A DNA stretch of 19,627 bases. Origin: Octopus sinensis. Lineage: Eukaryota. This document shows, piece after piece, positions 19,119 through 19,627 of this stretch; within the stretch, counting starts at the first letter, position 1, and the number at the start of each line of letters is the position of its first letter. The notes under the pieces were generated by a model that saw only the letters and a program-made list of their open reading frames with translations, had not been told where the DNA came from and did no database searches. The stretch spans positions 1 to 19,627 of the forward strand of contig NW_021824136.1 in assembly GCF_006345805.1 (NCBI RefSeq), written 5' to 3'. The translations under genes were made by a program, and so were the position numbers.

Positions 19119-19627
19119 TTTATCCCCCCCCCCATATATATATATATATTTATATATATATATCGCTTCTTCGTTAGGTATCCGTCTGTACTTTGGTGTA
19201 GCCATTGTAACTCGTATGAAGATATATCGAAGGAAATATTTGCAGCCTTGAGATATCTTTAGGTAGGAAAGAGCTTGAGAAAGCAAACAGCAAGAAAATC
19301 AGGGCAAAAAAAGAAATGAAGGGAAAAAGGAATAAAGACTTTGTGTTTGCTTGAAACTTCCCTGATGGCAACATCACATCTTTATTGCTCCTTTTTTATA
19401 TGAAAACTGCATAAATCAGATTTTGGTTTGAGGCCGCTCGGTAAAGATATAAAGAGCAGATGAGAAGTCAGCGACAACACGCCTACAACCTCACTGACTA
19501 GCTCAGCACATGTGTGTGTGTATATGCATATATATATATATATTATATAATATATATATATATATATATAATATATATATAGGGAGAAAGGAGAGAGAGG
19601 AAGAGAATATCATATAAACCTTCACTC

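Noticed and set aside
19174-19377. Minus-strand ORF with a signal-peptide-like stretch, and plus-strand Lys-rich and CxxC peptides
   Set aside because: Composition follows an A/G-rich tract; the frames are short with no recognisable homology.

Overview
AT-rich, microsatellite-dense eukaryotic non-coding DNA. The SINE sequences match, from my recollection, those of coleoid cephalopods, most likely Octopus; this was not checked against a database. No intact protein-coding gene is supported: nearly all ORFs in the track translate (TA)n, (TG)n, (TATG)n, (GATA)n or CT-rich tracts. The window holds at least three tRNA-derived SINE families, one as a recurring heterodimer, and two 5'-truncated, decayed non-LTR retrotransposons with a restriction-like endonuclease (R4/Dong-like). 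One sits in (TAA)n and the other in (TACA)n, and both end in the same 10-nt motif. There is also a probable LINE 3' UTR sharing its tail with one SINE family, a Tigger-type MITE, a hAT end, four foldback/TIR elements (one split by a retrotransposon), a 200-bp tandem duplication with intact Pol III A box, B box and terminator, and weak promoter or first-exon candidates. The best lead is a set of microsatellite-targeting retroelements with different repeat targets.
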